Shown: one piece after another, positions 54,107 through 63,429 of the stretch
Numbering within the stretch: position 1 is the first letter of the stretch
Layout: each line of letters begins with the position of its first letter
DNA from: a phage
DNA: 64,000 nucleotides
Reading direction: 5' to 3' (one strand)
Assembly (NCBI GenBank): GCA_036252695.1
Contig: GCA_036252695.1_4122.1
The notes under the pieces: generated by a model
What the model saw: only the letters and a program-made list of their open reading frames with translations
What the model was told of the DNA's origin: nothing
Database searches by the model: none
Position numbers and translations under genes: made by a program

Positions 54107-54658
54107 ATGAACTACAATCATGATCTTTTTACATTATGTGCATCCAAATGTGTTGATGGATGGACAGATAAAATCAATACCATAATTCATCGATATCTGG
54201 TCTTTAGTTCTCGTGCACGAAGTGAGGGGGCTATGGATTTCAAATATACACTATCTATTGATGGTGTAACTATCCATGCAGACGAAGAACGTCTGAGCAT
54301 TAATTTGTATGATTCCTGTGTATTTGCTATTCACCAAAAGATGGGGAAAGGATGGGGTTGTAATAACATTAACTCAAAAGCTATCTTTTGGGTTGGTCAC
54401 CACCAGACAGTACTTGATCCTTCAATCAAATCTAATCTTTTATCCGATAATATGGTTTATGATTTATTGTACTCCGAAGAACAACATTTTCAGTTAAGTA
54501 CATTACATGATCTGGCACAGTACGAGGATTGTTACAAAACATTAGAACTATGCCATTCCCTTGAACTTAAAGATAAATTGATACAAGTTTACCCTTCATT
54601 CTTTCATGAAGAAGTACAAAGTACACTAGATCATATTTTATATGGATACGATAAATGA
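54107..54658 (+). CDS. FQ-motif family protein
   Basis: RBS aaggagaa; EEQHFQLSTLHD. Confidence 0.55.
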   Translation: MNYNHDLFTLCASKCVDGWTDKINTIIHRYLVFSSRARSEGAMDFKYTLSIDGVTIHADEERLSINLYDSCVFAIHQKMGKGWGCNNINSKAIFWVGHHQTVLDPSIKSNLLSDNMVYDLLYSEEQHFQLSTLHDLAQYEDCYKTLELCHSLELKDKLIQVYPSFFHEEVQSTLDHILYGYDK

Positions 54659-55257
54659 GAAAAAGTTATCAAGAAGCTATTGACTTAATTCGTGAAGTTA
54701 TCAAGGTGGCTCCTGCTGCTATTGAGTTCAAGAAGTCCATATACAAGAAGTATGGTTCAATGTCGAGTATGTGCTTTCAAAAGAAACGTAGAGCATTCAC
54801 TACCCAGTACTGGAATGATTCTATCATCCTGAGCAATGAGACTCAGCGTATTTTAACACTAGAATCTGAACCTAATGAGTACGGGGAAGGGAACATTTGT
54901 GTACCTGATTATGATGAAATTAACTTCAACTGCGGTGATTTTGAAACAACATTATTACTTCATGAGGGTTATCCAGAAGGTGATGTATTAGCTGAGTACA
55001 ATCCAAAAACTAAAATTCTCAAAAGAGGAATCCAGTTCACTATTAATAACAAAGATGATGTTCAAGCAGCACTGATGCAACTGAGTACAAGTGAACCTAT
55101 CACTATTAGTGTAGAAGAGTTATGGGGAATTATTTCAGTACTCAATGAGTGCTACAAAGTAAAATCATTGCGTAAACACAGCATTATATTACATACCAAT
55201 ATGGCAAATATAAAATGTAAGCACATTCAAGAAATGGTGGTTCCAGATGGACTTTAA
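54655..55257 (+). CDS. FQ-motif family protein (divergent, MQ variant)
   Basis: ATGA coupling; QAALMQLSTSEP. Confidence 0.45.
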   Translation: MRKSYQEAIDLIREVIKVAPAAIEFKKSIYKKYGSMSSMCFQKKRRAFTTQYWNDSIILSNETQRILTLESEPNEYGEGNICVPDYDEINFNCGDFETTLLLHEGYPEGDVLAEYNPKTKILKRGIQFTINNKDDVQAALMQLSTSEPITISVEELWGIISVLNECYKVKSLRKHSIILHTNMANIKCKHIQEMVVPDGL

Positions 55258-55831
55258 AGAAATTGAAAGTAAATTAAAGTACTTCAAAGATATCAAACTT
55301 CTTTGGAAAAAGTATAAAGTTGATTACAATTTCAGTGATGATGAGACAATAAAATACATTGAGATTAATATCAAAATCAAGTTCAAGAATAATAATTATG
55401 GTGAAGTAAGCTTAAATCATACTGGTATATCACTCAAGGACTATGATGGTACAACACTCGCATATTTCGACTTCACACCAGAACCAGGTGAAACACTACT
55501 TAGTGAGATAAATTCCTATGACATGGAAGTGTTCGGCGGGAATCCGTTACTGTTCCGACTTTCTGAAGAGTGGAGTGAAGAGTACTACACTTACAAAGAT
55601 GGTGTAGTACTTGACATTCATGGAGAAGTTGTGAATGACTTGGAAGAACGTTTGTTCCAAGAATTGTGTGTTTCAAATACTTCATATGCATACAATCATA
55701 TCCTTGACATGTTTGATTTATATAATAAAATAGATGCTGAAATGAATGCACATGGTATTCATTACCTTACAATTAACGACTATGCTCAACTCGAAACCGC
55801 TGTGAAAGCATTGACTAAAGTACTGAAATAG
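55247..55831 (+). CDS. FQ-motif family protein (divergent)
   Basis: EERLFQELCVSN. Confidence 0.45.
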   Translation: MDFKEIESKLKYFKDIKLLWKKYKVDYNFSDDETIKYIEINIKIKFKNNNYGEVSLNHTGISLKDYDGTTLAYFDFTPEPGETLLSEINSYDMEVFGGNPLLFRLSEEWSEEYYTYKDGVVLDIHGEVVNDLEERLFQELCVSNTSYAYNHILDMFDLYNKIDAEMNAHGIHYLTINDYAQLETAVKALTKVLK

Positions 55832-55840
55832 GAATGAAAT

Positions 55841-56254
55841 ATGAAACTGTATCATGCGAGTACTGTAAAAATTGATAACTTTTATATCCCGTATGGTGGT
55901 CTTCATATGGGAGGTAAACACAGTGCTTTGGAAGCTGCATTACGCAAGCTGAGAAGCCCACTGAACGTAGTAGACGCATGTACAGTATACTTGCATACCT
56001 TAGAAGTTGATGTTGATAACGTGCTTCTGTGTGAAGATTTAGGTAGTGATGATGAGTGGCGTGCACTAATTGAACATTGTATTTCGAAAGGTTACGATGC
56101 TGTTCAGTACAAAAATGACTACGAGCCTGATAATGTTCCTAGTTATATGATTTGGGATGCATCTAAAGTTCGCATCATTGAAGTTGATGCTATGCATATG
56201 GATGAAGCTGAAATGATTATCGAAGATTTTCTTGATGAATATGAAGGTGTATAA
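55841..56254 (+). CDS. hypothetical protein (137 aa)
   Basis: RBS aggaatgaaat; ORF track. Confidence 0.5.
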   Translation: MKLYHASTVKIDNFYIPYGGLHMGGKHSALEAALRKLRSPLNVVDACTVYLHTLEVDVDNVLLCEDLGSDDEWRALIEHCISKGYDAVQYKNDYEPDNVPSYMIWDASKVRIIEVDAMHMDEAEMIIEDFLDEYEGV

Positions 56255-56790
56255 TGACTGACCCGATGGTAGCACTGGCACGTACAAAATTACTATTAAA
56301 GATTGGTGAGATTTTTACGGTTCTTCTGTCCAATAATATTGATATCACTGAGCTAGATATTAGGCAACCGTGGGAAGTGACTATGTTCTCGGCGTTCCAC
56401 CGATTGTCATATAAAGGTGAAAGTGTTCTTGATTTTAACCCTAAAGCAAAATTCATAGATTATGCTGCGTTGTACAGAGAGTTGCACCGAAATATTTATT
56501 CCGGTTGTATAACCAATAACTTTGACCGAATTCAAGTTCAAACTGCATCACATGAGTTCAATGATTTACTTTATCCAGAATTTAATCTAACTGAAGAATT
56601 ACTCTTTCAGTACTCGTTAATTCTCACAAATCTCGAAACGCTAGAGTACTACAAAGAGTTAGTAGATATTTTTATGAATACACGACTTTCAAAAGATATT
56701 GTGATATTCTGGTATACAGAGCATGTTACGGAGGAATTGCTTACTGAATTTCTTCTAAATATGACAGCTATAAAGGAGAAGTTATGTTAG
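56254..56790 (+). CDS. FQ-motif family protein
   Basis: TAATG coupling; EELLFQYSLILT. Confidence 0.55.
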   Translation: MTDPMVALARTKLLLKIGEIFTVLLSNNIDITELDIRQPWEVTMFSAFHRLSYKGESVLDFNPKAKFIDYAALYRELHRNIYSGCITNNFDRIQVQTASHEFNDLLYPEFNLTEELLFQYSLILTNLETLEYYKELVDIFMNTRLSKDIVIFWYTEHVTEELLTEFLLNMTAIKEKLC

Positions 56791-57257
56791 ATATTTTAGG
56801 AAACATCGATACTGCAAATTATTTTATCCAGGACGCACTGTTCAATACAGTTCAACAAGGATTAGAAGTTCGTCATAACGTTTACCAAGGTGATGGTTAT
56901 TTCGTTGATATTGTTGAGGCACGAAAGAATACGTTTAATGTTAACATTACAACACTGGGTAGACAGAACATTGCACGAATTTTAGTAAGTAAAGATGAAA
57001 TTGTATTGAGATACAGTGCTAAGTTTATGTTGACTTATAAGAAAAAAACTGATATGTTCAGTACTAATTTATTTGATGAACCATTTGACCTTGATGATAT
57101 TGAAGCTACTTTCTTTACTCAAAGTACTATGGTAAAATACACTGATGTTCAATTTTCTGCTGATGTAATGTCAGAAACATTACAAATGATCAAGGTATTA
57201 TTTTATGCATTTGAGCAATTTAGAGAAGAAAGAAACAAGGTTAACAACCACAGATGA
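56784..57257 (+). CDS. FQ-motif family protein (divergent)
   Basis: EATFFTQSTMVK. Confidence 0.45.
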   Translation: MLDILGNIDTANYFIQDALFNTVQQGLEVRHNVYQGDGYFVDIVEARKNTFNVNITTLGRQNIARILVSKDEIVLRYSAKFMLTYKKKTDMFSTNLFDEPFDLDDIEATFFTQSTMVKYTDVQFSADVMSETLQMIKVLFYAFEQFREERNKVNNHR

Positions 57258-57618
57258 ACTAATAGAGGCGATCACTAAGGAGTCAAAATACCACAAAGGG
57301 ATTCGTCTATATTTTATAGATATTGGTTCAATGGAAGGCATATACATTTATGGTTCACAATCTTTATCTTATGATGTAATGCCAAAAAAACACGTAAAAA
57401 TCTTTTTAGGTTCAGATAAAAAAACTTTCTTGACAATTAATGATAAAAACGTTATTATGAATTCGTTGGGTCATGATAAGGTGGAAATTGATCTAAACAC
57501 GCTTGAGGATATTGATTTTTTTCAATACGAGTGTTTAGGTGTTGACTTACATGGCATTAGTAGCGATAAGATAAAATCATTAATCAAATATTTCGAAGGT
57601 GTTCATAAATGTATCTAA
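57205..57618 (+). CDS. FQ-motif family protein (divergent)
   Basis: DIDFFQYECLGV; start uncertain. Confidence 0.4.
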   Translation: MHLSNLEKKETRLTTTDELIEAITKESKYHKGIRLYFIDIGSMEGIYIYGSQSLSYDVMPKKHVKIFLGSDKKTFLTINDKNVIMNSLGHDKVEIDLNTLEDIDFFQYECLGVDLHGISSDKIKSLIKYFEGVHKCI

Positions 57619-58106
57619 CTAAATCAATGAAAAATTCATTTGATAAAATCAAGAGTTGTCTTGATGGGGAAAATATTACAAGTGTTACACAAACTGCTGA
57701 CCAAATTCAAAGCAGTTCAAGTGATTGTACTGTTATTTTAGGTTTACATAGTCTACGTTTATCAATAGTAAATAATATTGACAACACTGCTATTGTAATC
57801 ACACCATGCAATATTCAAAATGAGAATGGTGTATATCTTCATCACATGGGAACAGTATTTCATATTTTCAATACAAACGAAAACATTGTTAAGGAATACA
57901 AATCTCTTAATATTGATTCAGGTGAATTATTTCAAATGAGTACTTTGTACTCATGTAATTTCACAGATACTTCATGCATTTTGCCATTTTTCTTGGAAAT
58001 TATTAAGAAAATGGAAAATTTAAAACGTGAATACAATAAAGAAATGGTTCCTGAAGCTATATTAAATATTACTAATGCTATAGAGAAGTATAATGCAGTG
58101 ACTTAA
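57609..58106 (+). CDS. FQ-motif family protein
   Basis: SGELFQMSTLYS. Confidence 0.55.
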   Translation: MYLTKSMKNSFDKIKSCLDGENITSVTQTADQIQSSSSDCTVILGLHSLRLSIVNNIDNTAIVITPCNIQNENGVYLHHMGTVFHIFNTNENIVKEYKSLNIDSGELFQMSTLYSCNFTDTSCILPFFLEIIKKMENLKREYNKEMVPEAILNITNAIEKYNAVT

Positions 58107-58148
58107 TAAAAACGCACATGGAGTGCATTAGAAGATCAAGGATAGATC

Positions 58149-58622
58149 ATGGAGATTAAAACTGTTGAAAATGGGAAAATTGATGACATTTTAGAGTTGG
58201 ACGCATTCAAAGTTCATGATATAATGTTTAATGTGAAGGACATTATTCAATGTCTATTTTTGTGTAGCAAGACAATGCATGATTTTTTTCACAACCCAAA
58301 TACTAACGTTTTTATACTAACAATCAGTACTGAAAACTCGTTTATCATGGGTATGCCTATGAGTACAAATGAACAATATATTGATTGTGTTATTCGTAAT
58401 AACGATAGTATTACGCCACAATCTGAAGTACGTAAAAAGAAAAACACCTACACAATCAAAGATGATAAAATTATGATGTGCTGTAGTAAAGGGTTTATAT
58501 TAGATAATTTTATCGTCAAAGACAGTTATCACGACTTTAAAGTGTCTGAAAATCAATCCAATGTAGTTCTTTATGCGAGTGACATAGAAAGTCTAACAGT
58601 TAAAGATCCCAGTTTGGAGTAA
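58149..58622 (+). CDS. hypothetical protein (157 aa)
   Basis: ORF track; RBS aaggatagatc. Confidence 0.5.
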   Translation: MEIKTVENGKIDDILELDAFKVHDIMFNVKDIIQCLFLCSKTMHDFFHNPNTNVFILTISTENSFIMGMPMSTNEQYIDCVIRNNDSITPQSEVRKKKNTYTIKDDKIMMCCSKGFILDNFIVKDSYHDFKVSENQSNVVLYASDIESLTVKDPSLE

Positions 58623-58624
58623 GT

Positions 58625-58756
58625 ATGGCTAAGAAAGTAAACAATTTCGTACAGAAACACATGAATGAGTTTAACAAGCCTCAGACACATGTGGATCGTA
58701 AAAAAGAAATGAAAAATGGTAAAGTAAAACACAAGTCGAGATTTATTCTCGACTAA
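58625..58756 (+). CDS. 43-aa basic micropeptide (not in ORF track)
   Basis: RBS ggagtaagt; MAKKVNNFVQKHMNEF... Confidence 0.3.
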   Translation: MAKKVNNFVQKHMNEFNKPQTHVDRKKEMKNGKVKHKSRFILD

Positions 58757-58785
58757 TTTTTTGTCTAAATTTATGAGGATTGTAT

Positions 58786-59634
58786 ATGTTAGATATTTCA
58801 GATTTTCTTAATTTTAAAAAGTATTCAGTACTTGAACATATCAACGAATTTCTGAATTCTACTACACCATTTGGTATCAGTACATCAGATGCATACGATG
58901 GATATACAATCTTCCCATACAATGACTTTCAAATTTCCGTCAAAAAAGGTTTTACAAAAGAAGTTGCAATTCGTGATGTAGTAATGTATAGCGATTCTTC
59001 TATTTCTTACTGTCATGACGTGAACAAGTTTGAATCTCTTTCAACACCTAATTGTTCATACTACAAATCCCATGACACGATGATGTATAAAGAACAACAT
59101 ATTAATGGTGTTTCGTTCTATAAAACTAGCAGTGATAAATCATATACATCTAGAGATGATTTTGGAAAATACACATGTACTATGCACACGGATAATGAAA
59201 AAACAAATTACACTCATTCATTCGAGTCCAAATTCCAAGAGAGTGAAGTTTCAAATATCACTATACAAGAACAGGTTTCAGAAGGCATTGTATATCGTAG
59301 TACTGCATTCTTTCGCATGAAAGATATTGCCACAGGCAGACCAATGATGTACAATATTGACATATACATGAAAGGTGATATATCCGAAGTAGTGATTAGT
59401 ACTGGTTATCGTGAAAAATATACAGTTACAATGGAATCACCAGATGCATCATTAGTTCACCTCTTTAACAATTTATATACATTCCAATTCGAACTTAGTT
59501 TCGATCCAAATGAATATCAAATATTTGATATATTAAAAAGTAATATTATTAATAAGTTAGAATATTACTACAAGTTAGGTGGTAAGATGTGCATAGTTAA
59601 TACTATGTTACATAACATAAAAGAAACATTATAA
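58786..59634 (+). CDS. hypothetical protein (282 aa)
   Basis: RBS gagga before ATG 58786. Confidence 0.6.
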   Translation: MLDISDFLNFKKYSVLEHINEFLNSTTPFGISTSDAYDGYTIFPYNDFQISVKKGFTKEVAIRDVVMYSDSSISYCHDVNKFESLSTPNCSYYKSHDTMMYKEQHINGVSFYKTSSDKSYTSRDDFGKYTCTMHTDNEKTNYTHSFESKFQESEVSNITIQEQVSEGIVYRSTAFFRMKDIATGRPMMYNIDIYMKGDISEVVISTGYREKYTVTMESPDASLVHLFNNLYTFQFELSFDPNEYQIFDILKSNIINKLEYYYKLGGKMCIVNTMLHNIKETL

Positions 59635-59650
59635 ATCTGGAGGATTTGGT

Positions 59651-59944
59651 ATGGATACTAAATTCAAAATTATTTTTAAAACTAAGCCGTATATTCCACA
59701 TACAGCAGAACGTTTTATACCACATGGTGCTGAGGAAATTATTCACCAAGATGGTACTAAGTTATACCTTGTTCCTTGTTCTTATGAACGTGCAGTAGAA
59801 ATGTTACTAATGAATGCTAGACTATGCAAAAACAAGTACATTAGTTACCTATACAATGAACATATTTTAGATTTCAATGATGAAAATATGTTCATTCTAG
59901 CAATTGAGGATTTTGATAACTGGTACAATATTATTAAAATCTAA
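59651..59944 (+). CDS. hypothetical protein
   Basis: RBS tggagga; ORF track. Confidence 0.6.
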   Translation: MDTKFKIIFKTKPYIPHTAERFIPHGAEEIIHQDGTKLYLVPCSYERAVEMLLMNARLCKNKYISYLYNEHILDFNDENMFILAIEDFDNWYNIIKI

Positions 59945-59953
59945 TGAAAATAA

Positions 59954-60000
59954 TGTGAACATATTAGATTCTTGTGATATAATGTTCACATCTTTTTTTT
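59954..60000 (+). terminator. terminator hairpin overlapping a -10-like element
   Basis: tgtgaacat...atgttcaca stem + tctttttttt; loop contains tgtgatataat. Confidence 0.55.
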
Positions 60001-60016
60001 GATAACGGAGATATAG

Positions 60017-60403
60017 ATGAATACAAGTTCAGTCCTAAAAGCAATTGGTGGTGTTTTACTCATTGAAGTAAAAGGTGAGCCAAAGCTATGCTGTTTAGAA
60101 GATATGAAGAATACAAAACACTTCAGTACTGGTCAGATTTTCAATGCCATTCGTATTCTAAATGACAAATCCATTGCTGATTATGGAAAAGTTTGGCCTG
60201 TATATCAAAATGCTGATGGTGATATCAGTACTGATTGGAAAACAATTGAGGCGGTACGACAAAGTTGTGAGAGTGATTGGGACTTCATTGTTGAAGTTTG
60301 TGATCAACTACAAGAAGATGTTCCAGAAATTGTTGAACGAAAAGAAGTTCTAGCACGACTTGAAAAATTCCGTCACGGAACACTACAGTATGACACAATC
60401 TAA
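60017..60403 (+). CDS. hypothetical protein (128 aa)
   Basis: RBS acggaga; ORF track. Confidence 0.6.
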   Translation: MNTSSVLKAIGGVLLIEVKGEPKLCCLEDMKNTKHFSTGQIFNAIRILNDKSIADYGKVWPVYQNADGDISTDWKTIEAVRQSCESDWDFIVEVCDQLQEDVPEIVERKEVLARLEKFRHGTLQYDTI

Positions 60404-60452
60404 TCTGCTTATTAAAAATATCTAATTAACATTATATAAAAGGAATTTAAAA

Positions 60453-60758
60453 ATGGAAGACAATGGAATGAAATTTGATATGTTTGAAGGTGTACCAGAG
60501 TTCGATTTCAACAAACTTGAAGAAGGTGAGGAATCAGAACTAGTTAGTGTTACACTTAAAGCAGATTCTAAAAAGAAATATTCATCATCAGTACGTTCAC
60601 GTTCACAAGAAGAATACGAAACATTTATTGAAAGTATTCATTATGAAACATTCCATCACGCAGATGGAACTCCATATGAAGTACGTGTAACAGTACTGAA
60701 GCCTGAAGTAAATCCAATGGAAAATCTACGTCCTGTTTACTGCTGGGCAAGTCACTAA
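60453..60758 (+). CDS. hypothetical acidic protein
   Basis: RBS aaaaggaa; ORF track. Confidence 0.6.
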   Translation: MEDNGMKFDMFEGVPEFDFNKLEEGEESELVSVTLKADSKKKYSSSVRSRSQEEYETFIESIHYETFHHADGTPYEVRVTVLKPEVNPMENLRPVYCWASH

Positions 60759-60766
60759 TAAACCAA

Positions 60767-60798
60767 AGGACGGGATTTGTTATCTCGTCCTTTTTTTT
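60767..60798 (+). terminator. intrinsic terminator
   Basis: aggacgggat...atctcgtcct hairpin + tttttttt. Confidence 0.8.
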
Positions 60799-60810
60799 GT
60801 CTGGAGATGT

Positions 60811-61665
60811 ATGAAACTTTATCTAATCGTTGACTACAATAAGGATTATGCTGGTAACTTCACCGAAGATTCGGATGGATATTGCACATCGACTAATGTC
60901 AATGTACGTAGCAGTAGTGCTCATGAACATGAATCTTGTAAAAATCTAAAAGATTTTATCGCATACCGAGCATTTGAAAAGAACTTCTGCCGCAGTAGAT
61001 ATTCGAAGTTTGAGTACCCGTTAATTGATGTTCCTGATGATTTAATGTTCCAGTTAATGCTGACTGGAGTTCAAGATTATGATTACATAGCGTATAATCA
61101 TATTACTAAGAAAATTTATATTGGTACATCATCACATGACACTTCTATGTATGCATCATGCCCAGATGATCGAATGAATGATAGAAAATCATACTATAGT
61201 GGGTCAGTTGGTTTAAATGATTCATTAAATAAAAATTCATTCTTTGAGTATGTTTATGATTACCATCATGAGAAAAAAGAACGTGAAGATTACTGTATAG
61301 CAATTGATAGTACTAATGGTTATGAAGACGTGAAAGAAGCACTTATGCCTTACATTATTGAAAAGTACTACAAAGATTTTCAGTACTGTAGTAATTTTCT
61401 AATCAGAAATTCTATTATAATCGGTCGCCAATCTAGTGCATACTCTCAGTACTACAACGATTCACCAGTAGCATCGGCAAATGAAATGTGTGATATTTTA
61501 CAAATTCCACGTGAAGATATGACATTTATTTTTACGTCTTTTATTGAAGATGATGAGTTGTATATTAAAAATAAACATCGTTTCATGCCAAGCAGGATTG
61601 AGGTTATTCGAAGTTTTAGTGTTGATATACTAACAAATTTCACAGAAAAAACCGAATATAACTGA
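60811..61665 (+). CDS. hypothetical protein (284 aa), possible distant FQ-family relative
   Basis: RBS tctggaga; contains PDDLMFQLMLTG. Confidence 0.6.
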   Translation: MKLYLIVDYNKDYAGNFTEDSDGYCTSTNVNVRSSSAHEHESCKNLKDFIAYRAFEKNFCRSRYSKFEYPLIDVPDDLMFQLMLTGVQDYDYIAYNHITKKIYIGTSSHDTSMYASCPDDRMNDRKSYYSGSVGLNDSLNKNSFFEYVYDYHHEKKEREDYCIAIDSTNGYEDVKEALMPYIIEKYYKDFQYCSNFLIRNSIIIGRQSSAYSQYYNDSPVASANEMCDILQIPREDMTFIFTSFIEDDELYIKNKHRFMPSRIEVIRSFSVDILTNFTEKTEYN

Positions 61666-61694
61666 GACAAATGATAAGTTAATGATATAATATA

Positions 61695-61729
61695 AGGTGA
61701 CAACATAATATGTTAGTCACCTTTTTTTA
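61695..61729 (+). terminator. intrinsic terminator
   Basis: aggtgac...gtcacct hairpin + ttttttt. Confidence 0.8.
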
Positions 61730-62270
61730 ATCCTGAAAGGTTCCCATAAGGAAATGATTAAAAGCCTAATCCACTCGAAAATGTAGAGGGTAGATGAGTA
61801 GTCCTTTCAGTACGAACAGCAGATGAAACCCGTTAGATGATGGCATAGTTTGAACCACTCACGGCAATGCGGCTGTATAAAGAACTCCAATAGGATAAAG
61901 AGAGTTCCTCGATAGACATATAAGGATCGCACCTTACCAATTATCTAAGGGAGATTTCATAAGAAATATGCGGTCGGAATTATACAATATAGTTGCGTCC
62001 AAATTTTGTGAAATCAAATACAAGTACTGGTCATATGGTATTTGTATTATGTGTCGGGATGTTTAAGACCGACGACCGTTGCTACAAGAACCGCGATAGA
62101 GAGAAACAGAGCAACCCGCTTTCGTCTCGTAAGAGAATTCGTGATATGAACTATGTGAAGGCCACCAGCGTCAAATTTTTTTGTTCTTTCCCCTGCGGGG
62201 GGATGAAATATGCTCAAGCAAACCCCGTCAATATTAATTAAAAGAAAATAGTACTTGTGTAGAATTAGAC
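61730..62270. other. GC-richer ORF-poor island with multiple hairpins (function unknown)
   Basis: No RBS-supported ORF; hairpins gtcgggatgtttaagaccgac, cccctgcgggggg, ctgaaagg...cctttcag; composition unlike flanks. Confidence 0.4.
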
Positions 62271-62345
62271 ATGCGTAGCATGATAATTCTACTGATGTTG
62301 ATGCAATCAACGTCACGTATATTCATTGATGTTTCCATAGGAATA

Positions 62346-62891
62346 ATGATGGCATTTATTAGAAAAGAAAAAACTGTTACTTATAAAACTTTGAATTTTG
62401 ATGATTGCATTAATCAATCACAAGACGAAGATATCTTTACTGGATATGTGGTTATTAAAGAAAAAGGATGCATTTCTTATATAAAGGAATTACAAAATGG
62501 AATTGAAGTAACTTCAGTTAAATTACTTCCTACTCAAAAACCAACAATATCAAAAGCCCAGTATGGTAATTATTTTGAAGAAAGATATAGTAATAATTCA
62601 ATAAGTGTTAAGGCTCATATTATTAAAGGAGAACTAGAAGGAGAATATAGAAAATACAACCCACAAGGAAAATGTGTTTGGGTTAAATACTTCAATTCAG
62701 GATATGATGTAACATCTGAAATTATAGAGTTCTTGGGTTTAAAATGTACCCCTGAGACTATTCATGATTACAAGTTCAATACTGAAGAAGAGTTTAATCT
62801 GATGATGCGTTACGGTTCACATTTTAAATTTTTATATGAATATAACATTGACAGTAGTACTTTTGATAAGATAGTACACAACTGTCTCTAA
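62346..62891 (+). CDS. hypothetical protein
   Basis: ORF-track ATG at 62271 lacks an RBS; ATG 62346 has agga upstream; start uncertain. Confidence 0.4.
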   Translation: MMAFIRKEKTVTYKTLNFDDCINQSQDEDIFTGYVVIKEKGCISYIKELQNGIEVTSVKLLPTQKPTISKAQYGNYFEERYSNNSISVKAHIIKGELEGEYRKYNPQGKCVWVKYFNSGYDVTSEIIEFLGLKCTPETIHDYKFNTEEEFNLMMRYGSHFKFLYEYNIDSSTFDKIVHNCL

Positions 62892-62907
62892 CAAAAGGAA
62901 TTATATA

Positions 62908-63429
62908 ATGTCGAAGAAGGATGCTTCGAAAAAACATTCAGTACATTTCAGTACTGGAAAAGATAACTGGACAACTCCCAAAGATTTCTTTGAAGATTTG
63001 GATGAGTTATGGGGATTTACACTTGATGCTGCTTGTGTTGATGAGACTGCATTGTGTGATAATTTTTTCACTCCAGAAGATGATTCACTATCACAGGATT
63101 GGGGAAATAATATAGTTTGGTTGAATCCACCATACAGTGACTTGAAAACTTGGTTATCTAAAGCAGTAGATGCATATAATAACGGGGCAACTGTAGTTAT
63201 TCTTGTACCCTCAAGAACCGACACAATTGCTTTTCAGGATTATGCTGCTAAAATATGTGATTGTATTTGTTTTATTAAGGGAAGATTACGATTTGGTATA
63301 CCAGAAGAACCCGATAAGAAAACAGATTCAGCACCATTTCCTTCGTGTCTGATAGTACTGGATAAGTACTTAACCACTGCTAAAATCAATTATCTTAAAT
63401 CTCTTGGGTTGGTGATGAAGAATTTATGA
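62908..63429 (+). CDS. DNA N6-adenine methyltransferase (small phage Dam-like, NPPY motif)
   Basis: WTTPKDFFEDL...WLNPPYS; (D/N)PPY is catalytic motif IV of amino-methyltransferases; 173 aa. Confidence 0.65.
   Translation: MSKKDASKKHSVHFSTGKDNWTTPKDFFEDLDELWGFTLDAACVDETALCDNFFTPEDDSLSQDWGNNIVWLNPPYSDLKTWLSKAVDAYNNGATVVILVPSRTDTIAFQDYAAKICDCICFIKGRLRFGIPEEPDKKTDSAPFPSCLIVLDKYLTTAKINYLKSLGLVMKNL

Noticed and set aside
31224-54497. Same-strand alternative-frame ORFs nested in array genes (31224..31433, 32726..32932, 39965..40165, 40632..40847, 40961..41206, 41449..41640, 48713..48994, 51506..51694, 54309..54497, 59105..59320, 60162..60353, 62921..63115)
   Set aside because: They are nested in longer ORFs that carry the family motifs and have no independent start signals.
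3420-63224. All minus-strand ORFs in the six-frame track (e.g. 3420..3707, 4025..4276, 8107..8470, 13823..14116, 40027..40449, 62047..62316, 62901..63224)
   Set aside because: Each lies antisense inside a better-supported + strand gene, lacks a promoter or RBS, and breaks the otherwise strictly unidirectional organisation. I treat them as shadow ORFs.
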